Source: Podarcis cretensis (taxonomy: Eukaryota). From it: 64,000 nucleotides of DNA. The stretch covers positions 102,858,001-102,922,000 of the forward strand of contig OX638150.1 in assembly GCA_951804945.1 (NCBI GenBank). Direction: 5' to 3'. Positions 1-12,755 of this stretch are shown piece by piece (position 1 is the first letter of the stretch; each line of letters begins with the position of its first letter). A program made the translations under genes and the position numbers. The notes under the pieces were generated by a model, which worked only from the letters and a program-made list of their open reading frames with translations, did no database searches and was not told the DNA's origin.

Positions 1-95
1 AAGGTCACCCAGCAGCTGCATGTGGAGGAGCGGAGACGCGAACCCGGTTCCCCAGATTACGTGACTACCGCTTTTAACCACTACACCACACTGGC
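1..95 (-). mobile_element. tRNA-head CORE-type SINE (Squam3-like), 5' part; continues beyond the window start
   Basis: Reverse complement reads gccagtgtggtgtagtggttaaaagcgg...gggttcgcgtctcc...gctgggtgacctt (A box, B box, CORE-like segment). Near-identical to copies at 5075 and 14542. Confidence 0.85.
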
Positions 96-158
96 AGTGG
101 GCTGGACTAGACGACCCTCATGGATCCTTCCAACTCTACAATGCTATGAATCTATGAC
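96..158 (+). mobile_element. CR1 LINE 3' terminus
   Basis: ggactagacgaccctc...ccttccaactctacaatgctatgaatctatga matches the CR1 3' stem and (ATTCTATG)n-like tail. Confidence 0.7.
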
Positions 159-1992
159 ACTTTAAAGCCCTAACCCCTTTGATGGTTTAGTATACATGTT
201 GCCACAGACACATACTGCTTCCTTGCAGATGTGACTCCAACAACAGACCTTTCAGGTTTATGAGGCTGGGAAAAGAGTACCAATGTATTCCTCCATATGG
301 GAAAATGGAAGCATCATCAGGAGGTTACATAAAGCAAATAAAATATTCCTTATTCAAATGTTTCCCTTATCTGGATATTTTACATAAACAGAAAATGTTT
401 AGACAGGATTTTCACATTGAATATTTCCAGCTCCCCAAGTGCTAGCCGCATTAGCATAATCTGGAGAGGCTGTGCACATGCAATGACAAAGTAGAATTTA
501 TTGTGCTCTTTTGTAGCTAAGATTTACTCTGGGTGTAACAGCCTAGCTAAATTGGCCTGCTGGGATGAATGGAATAGTTTATGTTTGCATAATGAAGACA
601 AACATGCCTGCACCCATTTTCTTTGCCCACTTCCTGCAGTAGTCTCAGAAAAGACACCTAATCAGCTACTTGCTTAAGGTCAGGGATATGGTTGTTTCCC
701 AAGTATCTTGCAGAGGCATGGTATTTTGTATCTCATGCACATCAGCAGCTGCCATGCTAGTGGAATTGGGTTTCTTCTCCAGGTATCTGCCTGTACTTCC
801 CATGGACTGTTTGCTCATTTTCAAAGTCTTTTTAGGTGGATGCACCCTTAGATATTGGAGCAAATGCAGTAATGAATGAACAGGCTTGGGGAACAATCCT
901 ACGCACAAGAACTGGCATAAAAAGCAAGCCTGTCTTAAGTTAAGCCAGAGGAAACAACCAAACTCCATTCAGGAGTAGGGCCATTGCTGACTAATCCTTG
1001 CAGAGGGAAAGCAAGCCTTTAAAAATAGTGTTTGAGGTGCCACCATCCTTTTTGCTGGCTTATGCCAGGTTGTCAGGTTTATGTCACCCAGCTGAATGGG
1101 CTTAGGATCTAGCCTAGGACCTCCCCACTCTGATCCCCAGCCTAACCCACAAAATGCCCCCTTTTCTGGCTCACACCAGCTTTGGGTCTGCTATGCTTGG
1201 CTCATCTGGCTTGTGGGATGGTAATGCAGGCAGCATATCTCAGGCTGAGCCAAGGATGAGGGACAGCAGAGCACAGCTCCACAGGGATCCTCCTGGCCCA
1301 GGGGGAGATCTGCTGGATCCTAACCCTGCTCATCCTGGCAGATCTCGCTATAGGGGTGCTATCCTATCACATGCCTTTTCAGAATTAAGTCTCATTAAGT
1401 TTAATGGGATATACTCCTAGATAAGTGGATACAGGATTTGCAGCCTTTGAAAAGAGAGTTTCACTTTTGCCTTCAGGAGGCAAGTGCACCATAAATAGCC
1501 TGGGAATTGCTTCTTTATTCACTTCAGCCATGCAGTCCATCCGCTTGCATGGGAAGAAGCTAAAGCTGATCCCTCTGACTTTACTATATGCTTCCAGAAA
1601 GCAGTGTTAATGGTTTTTAAATGTGCTGTAGCCTACTTTGGCCATTTAATATCCACCGGTCAGAGTGTCTGAAAAGCACTGGGTATTTGTATTAGAGGTG
1701 TGTACCAACCCTGTGTACAGCCTGAATTATGAGGTGAATAAAGGTGATTTGGGTGATGTTTTTGTATGTCTGAGCAAATTGCACCATTAGTAAGGAATAC
1801 TGAGTTATATAAGTCTTGCGTTGCTTTTGTGGACTCCAAAATGCTGCCTTTTGCCGTTTAAAATAAAACAAATGGTGCATTGCTTTTAAAGAAAAAACAA
1901 GTTGACTAGGGAAATACCCTGAGCTTGAATGGGGAGGAGGTGGAGAGGTGGGGGTATATTTCAGGTTTTCTTGCATTTGGCTGATTGTAACC

Positions 1993-2082
1993 CATAGCTG
2001 TCAACTTTTCCCTTTTCTTGCGAGGAATCCTATTCGGAATAAGGGAATTTCCCTTTAAAAAAGGGAAACGTTGACAGCTATG
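1993..2082. mobile_element. 90-bp palindromic hAT-type MITE
   Basis: TIRs catagctgtcaac...gttgacagctatg, extending to ~24 bp with one mismatch. 8-bp TSD ttgtaacc (1985-1992) / ctgtaacc (2083-2090). Confidence 0.85.
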
Positions 2083-3069
2083 CTGTAACCCCCCTGTTCA
2101 AATCACACCAGTGGCGTGTTTCCTGTTGTTTCTTGAATGCTGGCATTGGTAACAGGTGTTGGTAACTAACAGGCTTTTGTACAGCTCTCTGGCAGGGCTA
2201 TAAAAAACACAACCTAGCAGCAGGGTTTCTCCTAATCTAGAGAAATGGGGATGAAAGAATCTGGCTGTACCTGTTTTAACTATAACCTACCATGGTCCCA
2301 GTCACGGGGTAAATGGGCAGTCTGCAAGTACAAACATTAAATTAAATTAAATTAATTCTTAAGGAGGACAGCACACAGTTAAATCACTGTGGCTAAATAC
2401 AACACAAGCACCACCATATGCAGATACCTCATTTCCTATGAATGCAGAATGGTTAAGTTTGCAAATTGCTGAACCAGGAGGAAATAGCTAAAAGATAATA
2501 GCCTTCTGCTCTATAATATTTAAAAGACCAGAGAAGGGCAATTAAGTGTTAATGATAATGATCAGTGATCAGTACTAATGTTAAATATCCAAGTAATCCC
2601 CGGATGAGTGTTTGTGACAATCCACAGATGCAGATAATTAGGACTGGTGCCAGTTTAGATTCATCATGCCACTGATATAGAGGTTTACAAAATAATGCAT
2701 AATGAGGAGGAACCGGATAGAGAGTTTTCATGCCCCCCCTCACAATACTAGAACCCAAGGTCATCCAACAAAGAAGAACAGTGCAAGAAGAACTTCTTCA
2801 CATCACTGCATTGTTAAACTATGGAATTCACTAACACAAGATGTTAAGGTGTGGCAGGTTCTGCCCTGTGGAATTTCATGCCAGTAGAGATTTGTCAGGT
2901 ACCAGGCCTGCCTTATTGAAGTAATCACTCAAAAATTGTGTTATACAGACAGGGCTTTGAGACGTGAATTTCCTTTCGACCAAGCAGTATTTAACAGATG
3001 TTTTACTGGTATTTGTTATTGTTGTCACAACTTCTGTACAGTATACACTGCCTTGTTGGATTTTTGTAA

Positions 3070-3071
<2 letters not shown>

Positions 3072-3100
<29 letters not shown>
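3072..3100. repeat. (CA)n microsatellite
   Basis: Direct reading of the sequence. Confidence 0.95.
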
Positions 3101-3103
<3 letters not shown>

Positions 3104-3480
3104 GTAAATAAATGTGATTAGGAACATAGGGAGCGGCTTTATACTGAATCAGCTCAGTACTGTATGCAATGACTGGCAATGGCTTGCCATGGTTTCAGAC
3201 TGAGAATATTCCCAGCCCGACCTGAAATGCTGAGGAATTGGGTGATTTTAATAGGGAATGAGACAAATTTGTGTATAGACAAGGCTCTAAATGGCTGTTG
3301 GCCATGATGACTAAAGACTATGATGGAAGCATGCTCCTAAGCACCAATCGCTGGGGGACAAGAGCAGTAGAGGGCAACTGTGCTCATGCTCTGTTTGTGG
3401 GTTTCCCATGAGTATCTGGCTGACTTCTGTGAGAAACAGGATGTTGGAGTAGATAGGCCTTTGTTCTAATCCTGCAAAGC

Positions 3481-4245
3481 CGATTCCCCTCGCATGGAGT
3501 CGATGTTGCAGGCAGATCATGAGCCCGACCCGTCACGCCGGGCTTAGGTAGCTCCGCGTCACAGGGAGTTCCTAGCTGCATCACTTCAAATTGGCCAGTC
3601 TAATCAGCCAAGGGGGGCGTGACTTAGCCCATTTAAACAAGCCGCGGCCAGGCTCCCACCCTCTTTTACCTCGCTCCCGCTTGCAGAGTTCTCCCTCCCT
3701 CCCTAAGGTTAGGTCATTATCCTTTGACCTTGCTATGGACTTCAGTTGGTCGCCTGTTGAAGGGGCCTGGTAGGATTTTTTTCCACTTGGCAAATTGGCA
3801 CCAGACACTTGGTTTTCCACCTACCTCATAGCAAATTGTCACAACTTTGTAAGGTTTGGCGGTTAGGCATTGGAGTATTTGGTTGGAGGTGAGGGAAGGT
3901 GGCGGTCATCACCTACCCCTCCTATTTCAAGGGTATTCCATTAAAGGAATCTGGGGGGGCGTGTCCTCTGTCCGAAGCCCAGATGGGGGCCAGAGCCATA
4001 GCACGACCCCTATCGGTGATACTGGGGGAATTCCTAGTTGTTGTGCATCAACAGGGCTGCCGCTATTGGTGGTTAACCCTTATTAGACTCCCGGCAGGTG
4101 GGCAGGAGTCAGATATAGTCATTGGTTCCAATACCACTCACATTCTGTAATCAATAAAGCTGTGGCCTTTTTTCAGCCCGGCAACCTAAATTCTGGTGTC
4201 AAGTGTCTTTATTCTACAATGGGGGAGGGTTCAGGACCTTGCCAC
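3481..4245 (+). mobile_element. Non-coding LTR-like insertion, probably DIRS/Ngaro (tyrosine-recombinase retrotransposon)-derived
   Basis: CpG-richer 765-bp block that splits an older repeat tail (ggcctttgttctaatcctgcaaagc|tcttctttatgttc). GCAAAGC on both sides (3474-3480, 4246-4252). TATA-like atttaaa at ~3631 and AATAAA at 4153 followed by gctgtggcc. No TG..CA ends. Family assignment is by recollection. Confidence 0.55.
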
Positions 4246-4706
4246 GCAAAGCTCTTCTTTATGTTCACAGTTGCAAGCATTTGTGCATTGGGTTAAAAAC
4301 TGATTAAGATGGACAGTTTTAACATGAAGATAGGAATTAATCGGCAGTGTATGTGTCACACTTTGTTCAATAAATCATGCCCCCAAACCACAACTGGGAA
4401 CATAATGATTTCTGTTCGTTACTCATTATGTACCTTGGAGTGTCTGAAACTTAAGACAGAGAATCCTCTGACTGTTGACTCAAACTTTATATATAGACCT
4501 CAAAAACTGCAAACTTTTGTTTGTTCAGTTACAGTACGGCTTCAGGGTCTAAGGTTTCGAAAGGGTTGGAGAATTACTGCAGAAGCTGTGATTTTTAACA
4601 AAAAAAAATCCTAAGTGTTAGCAAAAGTGAACATTTTGTTGCATGACATGTTGCTTTTCCACGGCTGTCACTTTCTATTTCAGATGGCTGTGAAAATGTA
4701 TCTTCC

Positions 4707-4707
<1 letters not shown>

Positions 4708-4752
<45 letters not shown>
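4708..4752. repeat. (TG)n(GA)n compound microsatellite
   Basis: Direct reading. Confidence 0.95.
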
Positions 4753-4753
<1 letters not shown>

Positions 4754-5074
4754 CTGTATCTATGTGTGTGTGCGCGCTTGCGCACGCATGGTAGCCTTCA
4801 TCATATGTAGGAGGTTATGAATATAATGTAAGATCAAAACAGGACAATAAATTATTTGTAAAGGTACTAGCCAAATATATTCAAATATATTCAGCAAAAC
4901 TGCAATCTGTTCACACATTTTCTGGAGATGATTAAAAATCAGCAAACTAAAATGTTCCTATCCCTATCAAAACAGGACAGCTCATCTTTTTAATGCCGGG
5001 GGGGGGGGGGGAGCAACAAATAGGATGAGGGCTTAAAGCCTGAGTGCCCACCAATGCATTTTTGTTCTCAAATA

Positions 5075-5336
5075 GAGTGCCAGTGTGGTGTAGTGGTCAA
5101 GAGTGGTGGACTCGTAATCTGGGGAACCGGGTTCAGGTCTCTGCTCCTCCACATGCAGCTGCTGGGTGACCTTGGGCTAGTCATACTTCTCTGAAGTCTT
5201 TCAGCCTCACTCACCTCACAGAGTGTTTATTGTGGGGGAGGAAGGGAAAAGGAGATTGTTAGCCACTTTGAGACTCCTTAGGGTAGTGATAAAGTGGGAT
5301 ATCAAATCCGAACTCCTCCTCTTCTTATTCTTCTTC
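5075..5336 (+). mobile_element. Full-length Squam3-like tRNA/CORE SINE with (CTT)n tail
   Basis: A box tggtgtagtgg, B box ggttcaggtct, CORE-like gctgggtgaccttgggctagtca, 3' end gggatatcaaatcc plus ctt repeats. Confidence 0.9.
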
Positions 5337-7604
5337 AAATGGTAAGATGATCAGAACAAAGCAATTTGCTTGGGAATATGCAGCACTTCTGAAAGCACTG
5401 CCCCTGTTAAGGGGGTAAATATATATTTTAAAATTCTCAATTTGTTTCTAAGAGCACTCTTATTTCCTTGTATTACTCCAGAACAACACAGTTCAGTAAT
5501 GTCACTTGCTTTTGAAATCTGGGGAATAAAATGCATTGGATACACAGAATCCTTATTCTGCAATGTCTGTAACTTTAATAATCTCCTACAATCACCATTA
5601 CCTTGTTAAATTCCAAGATAGCCAGTGGAAGGCTTTGCCCTTGGGTTTCTGAACATGGTGCCTGTGTGCATCACACCCTTTGGCACCCCCTGCACAATTT
5701 TTAAATGTTTTTTTTGGGGGGGTGGGTCTTCTTTTGGGTAGCTAGCTGTTCCTGTTGACAATTTATTTCCCATTTGCAGTTAACATGGCAAACCCTGTTC
5801 ACTGATACAGCAGCAGCTTAGTAAACATTGCAGTGAAAGAGCCAGGCGTTCACTTTCCTCTCCTACAAATCACTTGAAAACTGCTGAGGGTCTTGGAGGG
5901 ACAGCATGATGATTTTTCTGCCTCTTGTGGGAACTGCAATGCACTGTGCTAGAAGCTGGGTGATTCCTTTGTGTTTCAAGTGACTCCTTCCACCATCACT
6001 CCAGGTCCATTCTGCTCACCATTGTTCCCTTGTATTGACTCACTCACTCTTTCTTGCTGCTTCGTCCTTTTTCATCTCGCTCTGCTTTTCTGTCTCCTAA
6101 TCCTCTCCACTCCTTTCAAGTGCCTATCCACCCACCCCCATCACTTTTGGTACATTTTCAGGGCAGAATGATGCTGGTCCTGCTGTCCTCCGCAGACTAC
6201 AACCCATGACTTAGACTATACTACATATTTAAACTTAAAAAACTTATGGAAATACAAAATTCCATATTGCAGAATACACAGAACCCTTGCATAGAGTAAT
6301 TTTTTGGGGGCGTGGGGGTCGGGAGACAGCTGTGAAGAGCAGGTATTTGTCAGCAAAGTCAATTCTAAGTGAGAGCTTGAGTCAGGTGCAGGCTAGAGAG
6401 ATGCTTTTAACCATAATAACTTAACAACAAAATAACTGAATGTGGTTTATAGCACAAGATGCGGATATCTCTGCAGCAGGGCAAAGAACTAAGTACAAGG
6501 CACCCCTACAGCACAGGATTGCTGGTTGAATAACACAAAGTGTAATTCATGAAAGAATAGCATTTGTGGACCCTGTTCCAGTCCAAAAGCTCCAGTGCGA
6601 TAATTGTGCCCATTCCAGGGCAGCCACTGAGAAAGGGTAACATTTTCTGGGCAACAGGCCACACCTCTGGTGTGTGTGTGTGTACGCGCGTGACCAAAAT
6701 GTAAAAGTGAGTGTGTCCCCTTGCTAGCCTTATTACTTATTAATTTTATTCATCCACTCCAATCCACATGTTCCTTACTAATAACCCACACCTACTCTTC
6801 ATTAACTGGCAAAATTAAGCATCACTGTTTCCTGGTGGTAAAGCATTTTCAGAAGGCAAGTAGATAATAACAGGATGTGTTTGCCACATTAGCCAAAAGC
6901 AAGATGCAACTTAAGTTTCTAGATTTCCAAATACTGACCTTAAGCTGTCAATCCTCTGTAAAAGCTGCACCCCTTTAAAGAGTTCCCAGCTATTTAGTTA
7001 TGGGGTTTGGGGTGCAAAAGCTATGCATGTATAAAGGGTCCTGGCCAATCATGAACATGGAATGAGCTATTTATAGCAGTTGTCAGCCAACATTCCTATT
7101 CCACTATTTTCAGATATGTTTGTTTGTTTGTGTGTAGACTTTTTTCAGCAAAGGAAAAATCAGCTTGTGTGCTCAGAAATACAACAAAACAAAAACAGCA
7201 CAAGAATATATGCTTTCATTTGTAAATAGGAAATAGACAAATGCTGGATTTATTTGAAATGTTCCATGTAATGTATATGCAATAAAAAAATCACATATCA
7301 TATGAAAGGACTCCTGTATATTGTGTACATTCTTTTATTTTTAAAATAAACCAGGAAATTTTCTAAGAGAGAAAATTCTGCATTCAATATGCAGAATATT
7401 TTCTGGATCATCTTGACAAAAAAATGAGGACAGCTGGTATCACCATAGCAGCATATTGCTGTTATCTACAGTTAGCACGCTTTCATTAGGGAAACAAGCT
7501 GATTTTCACAGAAGCAAGGTTAAAAAGGAATCTATTAGCAAAAGTGGGTCAGCCCACAGTACATAGAATTTGCTGAACAATCTTTCTGTGAGGCAATATG
7601 AAGA

Positions 7605-7623
7605 CTGCCACCAGGTGTCACTA
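7605..7623 (+). promoter_or_regulatory. Candidate CTCF site
   Basis: ctgCCACCAGGTGTCACTa versus consensus CCASYAGRKGGCRCY (one core mismatch), in non-repeat DNA. Motif match only. Confidence 0.3.
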
Positions 7624-8129
7624 AGTTCTTGATCAAATAAGTAAAGGCCTGATACAGAATCTTCAAACAAACTCTTGTTTTACAAAGCTACAAACCCACA
7701 TCATAATGGCAACAACTGCCTGACTAATAGAGCAAGTACTTAGGAAGTACTGTAATGAGAGAAAAAGCCCACTTTATAAATCAGAAAGCCGTAAAGTGCA
7801 TGCTCCACTTGTCCACTTACTGCGTTCTTCAATTGCCCCAAGCCTGCAATGACTACATTCCTTACTGACCTCCTTGCGCCTGATGCTATGTGCAATTCTC
7901 CCTCCTCCTCCCAAGTTTAAACACACACACTCCCAACACCATTGCTCTTTATTCAATCATACCATTCTGCCAGTGCAATCTAGTCCAAAACCGAAGATCA
8001 GGCCATAAAGTTAGTCAAGAGGTTAAAACAACAATTCCCAAACTTTGTGGGATCAAAGTAGTATTTCATGAGAGGAGGGCAGCCGGAAGGTGAGGGGTTT
8101 TGAGGAACACGTTTGAAAGTGATGTATGT

Positions 8130-8478
8130 GCTTAGCTGGGAGAAGAGAAGATTAAGGGGGAACTTGAAAGTTGCCTTCTACTATCAGAAGAGCCATCATA
8201 CAGAAAAAGGAAACAGACTTCTGCCATGTTGAGCTACAGTGCAGGGCTGTAAAAGCCAGTGGGCAGAAATGACAGCAAAACGGATTTCAGCTTAAGATGA
8301 GGGGGAACCTCTTAACAACAAGAGCTATTCAAAGGTGGAACAGTCTGCCGCAGGAGGCGTTGGGCTCTCCTTCGCTGTTAGCAGAAGCTGGGCAGCCCCC
8401 TGCCAGGGATGCTGTAACATTGCAAACTGTACAGAGTAGCTTGTTGGACTAGATAATTTCCAAGGTTCCCGTCCAACA
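8130..8478 (+). mobile_element. Degenerate CR1 LINE 3' fragment (RT C-terminus and 3'UTR)
   Basis: agctgggagaagagaagattaaggggg ('KRRLRG'), ggatttcagcttaagatgaggggaacctctt, ttggactagat...caaggttcccgtccaac. Confidence 0.75.
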
Positions 8479-9881
8479 ATGTTGAACTGCTAGCTAGCCT
8501 AGACAGTGAGATAGAACAAACTGAGAGGCTCTGGAATGGCCAAAGCACAGACCCACAGAGGAGTCTGCGTATGATACGATTTGCAGCTCTGGCTTCACCC
8601 CTTTTCTATCAGTCTCCATCAGTCTATCAATTCTGCCATGTCTTCGCATTGCATGGGCAATTCACTTCAGAAGAAGACACACATGCACAGAAAAACAGGG
8701 GCAGGGACCCTCAGGGAAATGCAGCACTCAAAGCCCCTTGGGAAAATCTCAACACTCCCTCTCCTCTCCCCAGCCCACATTCCTCCTTAGTGCTGCTGAG
8801 CATGCTCCTTGAGTATTTTTTGTCCTGGATGCCTTGAGCTCTGGGAATGAATCTTCCCTGGACAGGTGGAAGATAGAGAAGTAGGTGTATGTGAAAACTA
8901 GCCTACTGTATAAATCCACCACTGGCACGTGGCCCCCATAAGGCTGACCAGAAGCAAATGCGGCCCTGATGTTTCAGCCTGAAATTCAGTAGAATTCTGC
9001 ATATTCAGAGGGAGTCACCACTTGGTTCCTGCATGAATCATTGCTCTTCCTAACAAAAGGCATGTTCAGAATAGGAACTCATGTGGAAATTCCAGGGTTG
9101 GACTCGCTAAGTCCAGGGGATTCTATTAATGCTCTAAAAGTAAGGGCAAGACAGAAGTTTCTGTAGCATATTAAAGACAGGCAAAACACTCTAAATTCCC
9201 CTTACGCTGGGTTGCTTGTCTTGGATTAGGCAAAAGTGTCACCCTCCATCCAGTTCCCCTAGTTCAGCCAGCCAACATGAGAGTGGGCAGGCATCCTACT
9301 GGCTGTTTCCCTGCCATTGGGGGCCAGTGGAAAGTCCCAAAATGTGCCATTCAAGGGTTGCAGAAAGGCCAAGTCTAGTCCGTTCTGCTGTCAAACAGCT
9401 GTTACCATCAGAAAGTTCTTCCTAATGTTTAGTTGGAATCTCCTTTCCTCTAATTTGAATCCACTGATTCAGGTCCTACCCACTGAGCAGCAGAAAACAT
9501 GATGATGGGTGTTACCATTCAGCAACAGCTGGAAGGTCACAGCCGAACCACCTCTGGTATAAATTGACCATTTCAAAGTACTGCTTTGGATACTGGGTGA
9601 CATGGGTGCTTTATCTGTGATGTCTCATTTACACATTAAAATCACCATCACTTGATATTGTGGGCACTGAAGGATGTGTATGTGCGTGTGAGCCAACCTG
9701 ATAGAAGGACTTCAGACTGATTGGGGAAGGAAGTATTTTAAGTGAATAATGCTGTCCTCCAGCAACTGCATCATACAAAATGAGGAGAAATACACCGTGA
9801 ATCATGTCAAAAGGTACTTTTAAGTGGCTATGAATGCAGTTAACAAGTGATGCAGAAGTTGTAAAACTGCCCATTAGTTTT

Positions 9882-9903
9882 GTGTGTGTGTGTGTGTGTG
9901 TGT

Positions 9904-9953
<50 letters not shown>
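9882..9953. repeat. (TG)n directly abutting (AC)n, then (AG)n
   Basis: Direct reading; the (TG)n-(AC)n portion is self-complementary. Confidence 0.95.
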
Positions 9954-9954
<1 letters not shown>

Positions 9955-12494
9955 TTTTCCCCAAAGACCCAGAAACTAAAAGTCAAAGAAAATTAGTCCA
10001 AATAACCCTAACCCCAAATCCTATTACACTTAAGGATCAGTTTGTAGTGGTTTGTTAGTGCTGGGCTGCCCGAGGCCAATAGCTGTACTAATACATCTAA
10101 ATCACACAGTGTTTTTGTGTTAAGCTTGCATTTTCTATTTAAGCAGCTTTGCTATGTTAACAATTTTGTACCAGATTAGTGACAAGTTGAGCCAATAGAA
10201 CCAGAGCCGCTTCATTCTCATTGCTCTGCTGCGCTCAACCACATTATTCTGTGTGCGTGTTTTTTGATATGAGCACTGTGGGCTCCATCTGCACCTTACA
10301 TTTAAAGCAGATTCAGGGAAGCTGGCAAACAGGACAAGAGCAAAACAATATCCTCCTTACCTGTGATTCCCAACAAACTGGTATACAGAAGCATGCTGCC
10401 TTCCTCACAAGAGGTGCACAAACCTAATTGATGTTGGCACTGACTGCTTCATTTCTGCTTTCTTACATCATCCTATACCCTATAATCTTCTGCAATGGAA
10501 CCTTCATACCTGCCCTCCCCCTTTGAAGTCATCATTAGTTTCTTTAAAGCAGGGATAGGTTGCCCTATGATGTTGGGCTACAACTCCCATCATCCATGAT
10601 CACTAGCCATGCTAGCTGGGGCTGACGGCAAGGGGTGGATTTTGGTAATATGGTGACCTGAGCGAGGACAAAATCTGGTGGGCCCCCCTGCAAATATTTC
10701 TTATTTTCACAATAATTCCTTTCGGTACAGCTGCTTTTTTAATGGATCGTCTCGGTAGGTACCCATATATAGATGGTGGTGATGATGAACCCTCTCAACT
10801 TGGCACCCTGTGCAGGAGAACCACCTGCACCACCTTTGTGCTGCTGAGGGGAGATGAGGTGCAGCACATCTGGAAGGTCCCAGATTCCACATCTCTGCCA
10901 TAAAGGGACAGAAATGCAGATATAAAAGCAGAAGAACTACTGTTGCGCAGAAGCATGAGGTTGCCTCTGTAAGGCAGCAATCTAACAACCAATGGAAGGA
11001 GTCATCTAGTAGATGCCTGAGCCAATCCACTTTGTTAGCTCGGTTGAATGCAGCTCCAAAGTACATAGTTTCCATATTATGTATTTGGCTTCTAATACCA
11101 TCCAGGAGGTTTTTTGTTGATGCACTGAAATAAATCCAAGTTGTGTTATGCTTCCAGAACAGTAAACATCTTATTGTAGTTCAGCCAGTACTCTGGGGCA
11201 TCTCCCAGAGACCATTCTCCCATCATTAACTACCATTTCATACCAGATTTGGGGAAAGGTCGCTTGCTTATTGTTTCTAGCCATAGTTTCAATATTTTCT
11301 TGAGGGAGGAGAGGGTTCATTTCCGAAAACCTTGATCAAGTGGCATTGCCCCTCCCATCATCAATTCATAACAAACAAAACACAAAGCACTGTAACTGGG
11401 TTTCTTGAATTTGAAATCATGAGTCCAGCCTCTCACTGTTTATGCTACTGGGGACACACAAAGTTTGCTAGGAACTACTTGCGGGCGAAATGTCATGCAA
11501 TGAACGGTTTGCATGAAATGACATGGAACTGATAGATGTATGCAAGCGGTTGGTAGCAAGCAAAAAGGATTTGTAGAATGAGGCCACAGCCTTTCTAAAA
11601 AAACCTGACTGCTTTCACATATATATATATAAAATGAATATTTGATTTCCCCCAAACAAATTAAAATGAAACTTCTTTTAGTACACACGCATTTCTGCTT
11701 TCTCATTTTCATCAATGGAAATACTTTCATCAACAGGTGATGATATTTGGGGCCTGCATTTGTGGTGGGAAACAACATGAATTTTAACAAGGTTCTGATT
11801 TTTTCTTTAGGTATCTGGAAAAGGACCAAAAAAACCATCATATCAAGCAGCTTTTGGCTTCCCCTTTTAATTTCTCATCCTCAGTGGATCATTGTGCATT
11901 AATAGTCACATTTCACAATTTGATTTTTTGTGTACTATTTCCCCCCTTTCTCTTCACTTAGCCAATCTGATTATGAAAACTAGAAAGACAACATATCTGC
12001 AGAAGTATATCCAGGACAAAAAAGCTTCAATTATCTCCTGCAAGTGCTGATTTAGTGCTGCACTGAAAGCAATATTTTTCGCAAGAGGAGACTGAAATTA
12101 GAGTCTGGTGTAAAAATAAAAAGTTAACCTTTTCAAACAAAGATCGCACTCACGTAAATAGTTTATTGTGATATGTACTGAGAACAATGCCACTAGGTTA
12201 TTGGGTAGATGACCTAAAAAAAGAAACATGATTTTTTTTGCTTACAGATCTAAAGACCACAGTCAACTAGATTTCTGGAACAGGGGGAAAAAAACTCCTC
12301 TCTCCTTCATCCTTCAACACATGCAAGTTACCTGCAAGTTATTCAGAGACCAGGCAACACCAGCCCTGGAGGTACCAGTAATATAGCCACCATGAGCTGT
12401 AGCCTTATATCCATGAATTCATCTAACTCCTTTCTAAAGTTGTCTACGTTGGTTGCCATTACTACATCTTGTTGAAGCAAAGTTCTCTGGTTAT

Positions 12495-12690
12495 CTTGTA
12501 GGTCATGTAGTCCAACCAGCTCTTCAGTGAAGTTTGCAGATACAGCATACCTGACAGGTGGCTGTCCAGCTTCTGCTTAAATGCCTCCAAGTGAAGGAGA
12601 GATCACCACTTCCTGGGGCAGAATGTTTCACTGCTGAACAGCTCACACTGTCAGGAAGCTTCTCCTAATCGTTAGCAGGAAACTGCCTCA
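12495..12690 (-). mobile_element. CR1 3' fragment
   Basis: ggtcatgtagtccaacc...gacaggtggctgtccagcttctgcttaaatgcctcc...actgctgaacagctcacactgtcaggaag is the antisense CR1 3' end. Confidence 0.7.
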
Positions 12691-12711
12691 TCACAAAAGT
12701 CTTAAGGTGAC

Positions 12712-12713
<2 letters not shown>

Positions 12714-12754
<41 letters not shown>
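12714..12754. repeat. (TAA)n microsatellite, tail of a short antisense L2-type 3' end
   Basis: Followed by tttatttatatccagccactctgggtggcttccaac, as at 50990-51090. Confidence 0.85.

Positions 12755-12755
<1 letters not shown>

Noticed and set aside
666-968. 100-aa minus-strand ORF as an exon of the CpG-island gene
   Set aside because: No convincing splice-site pair and no recognisable homology.
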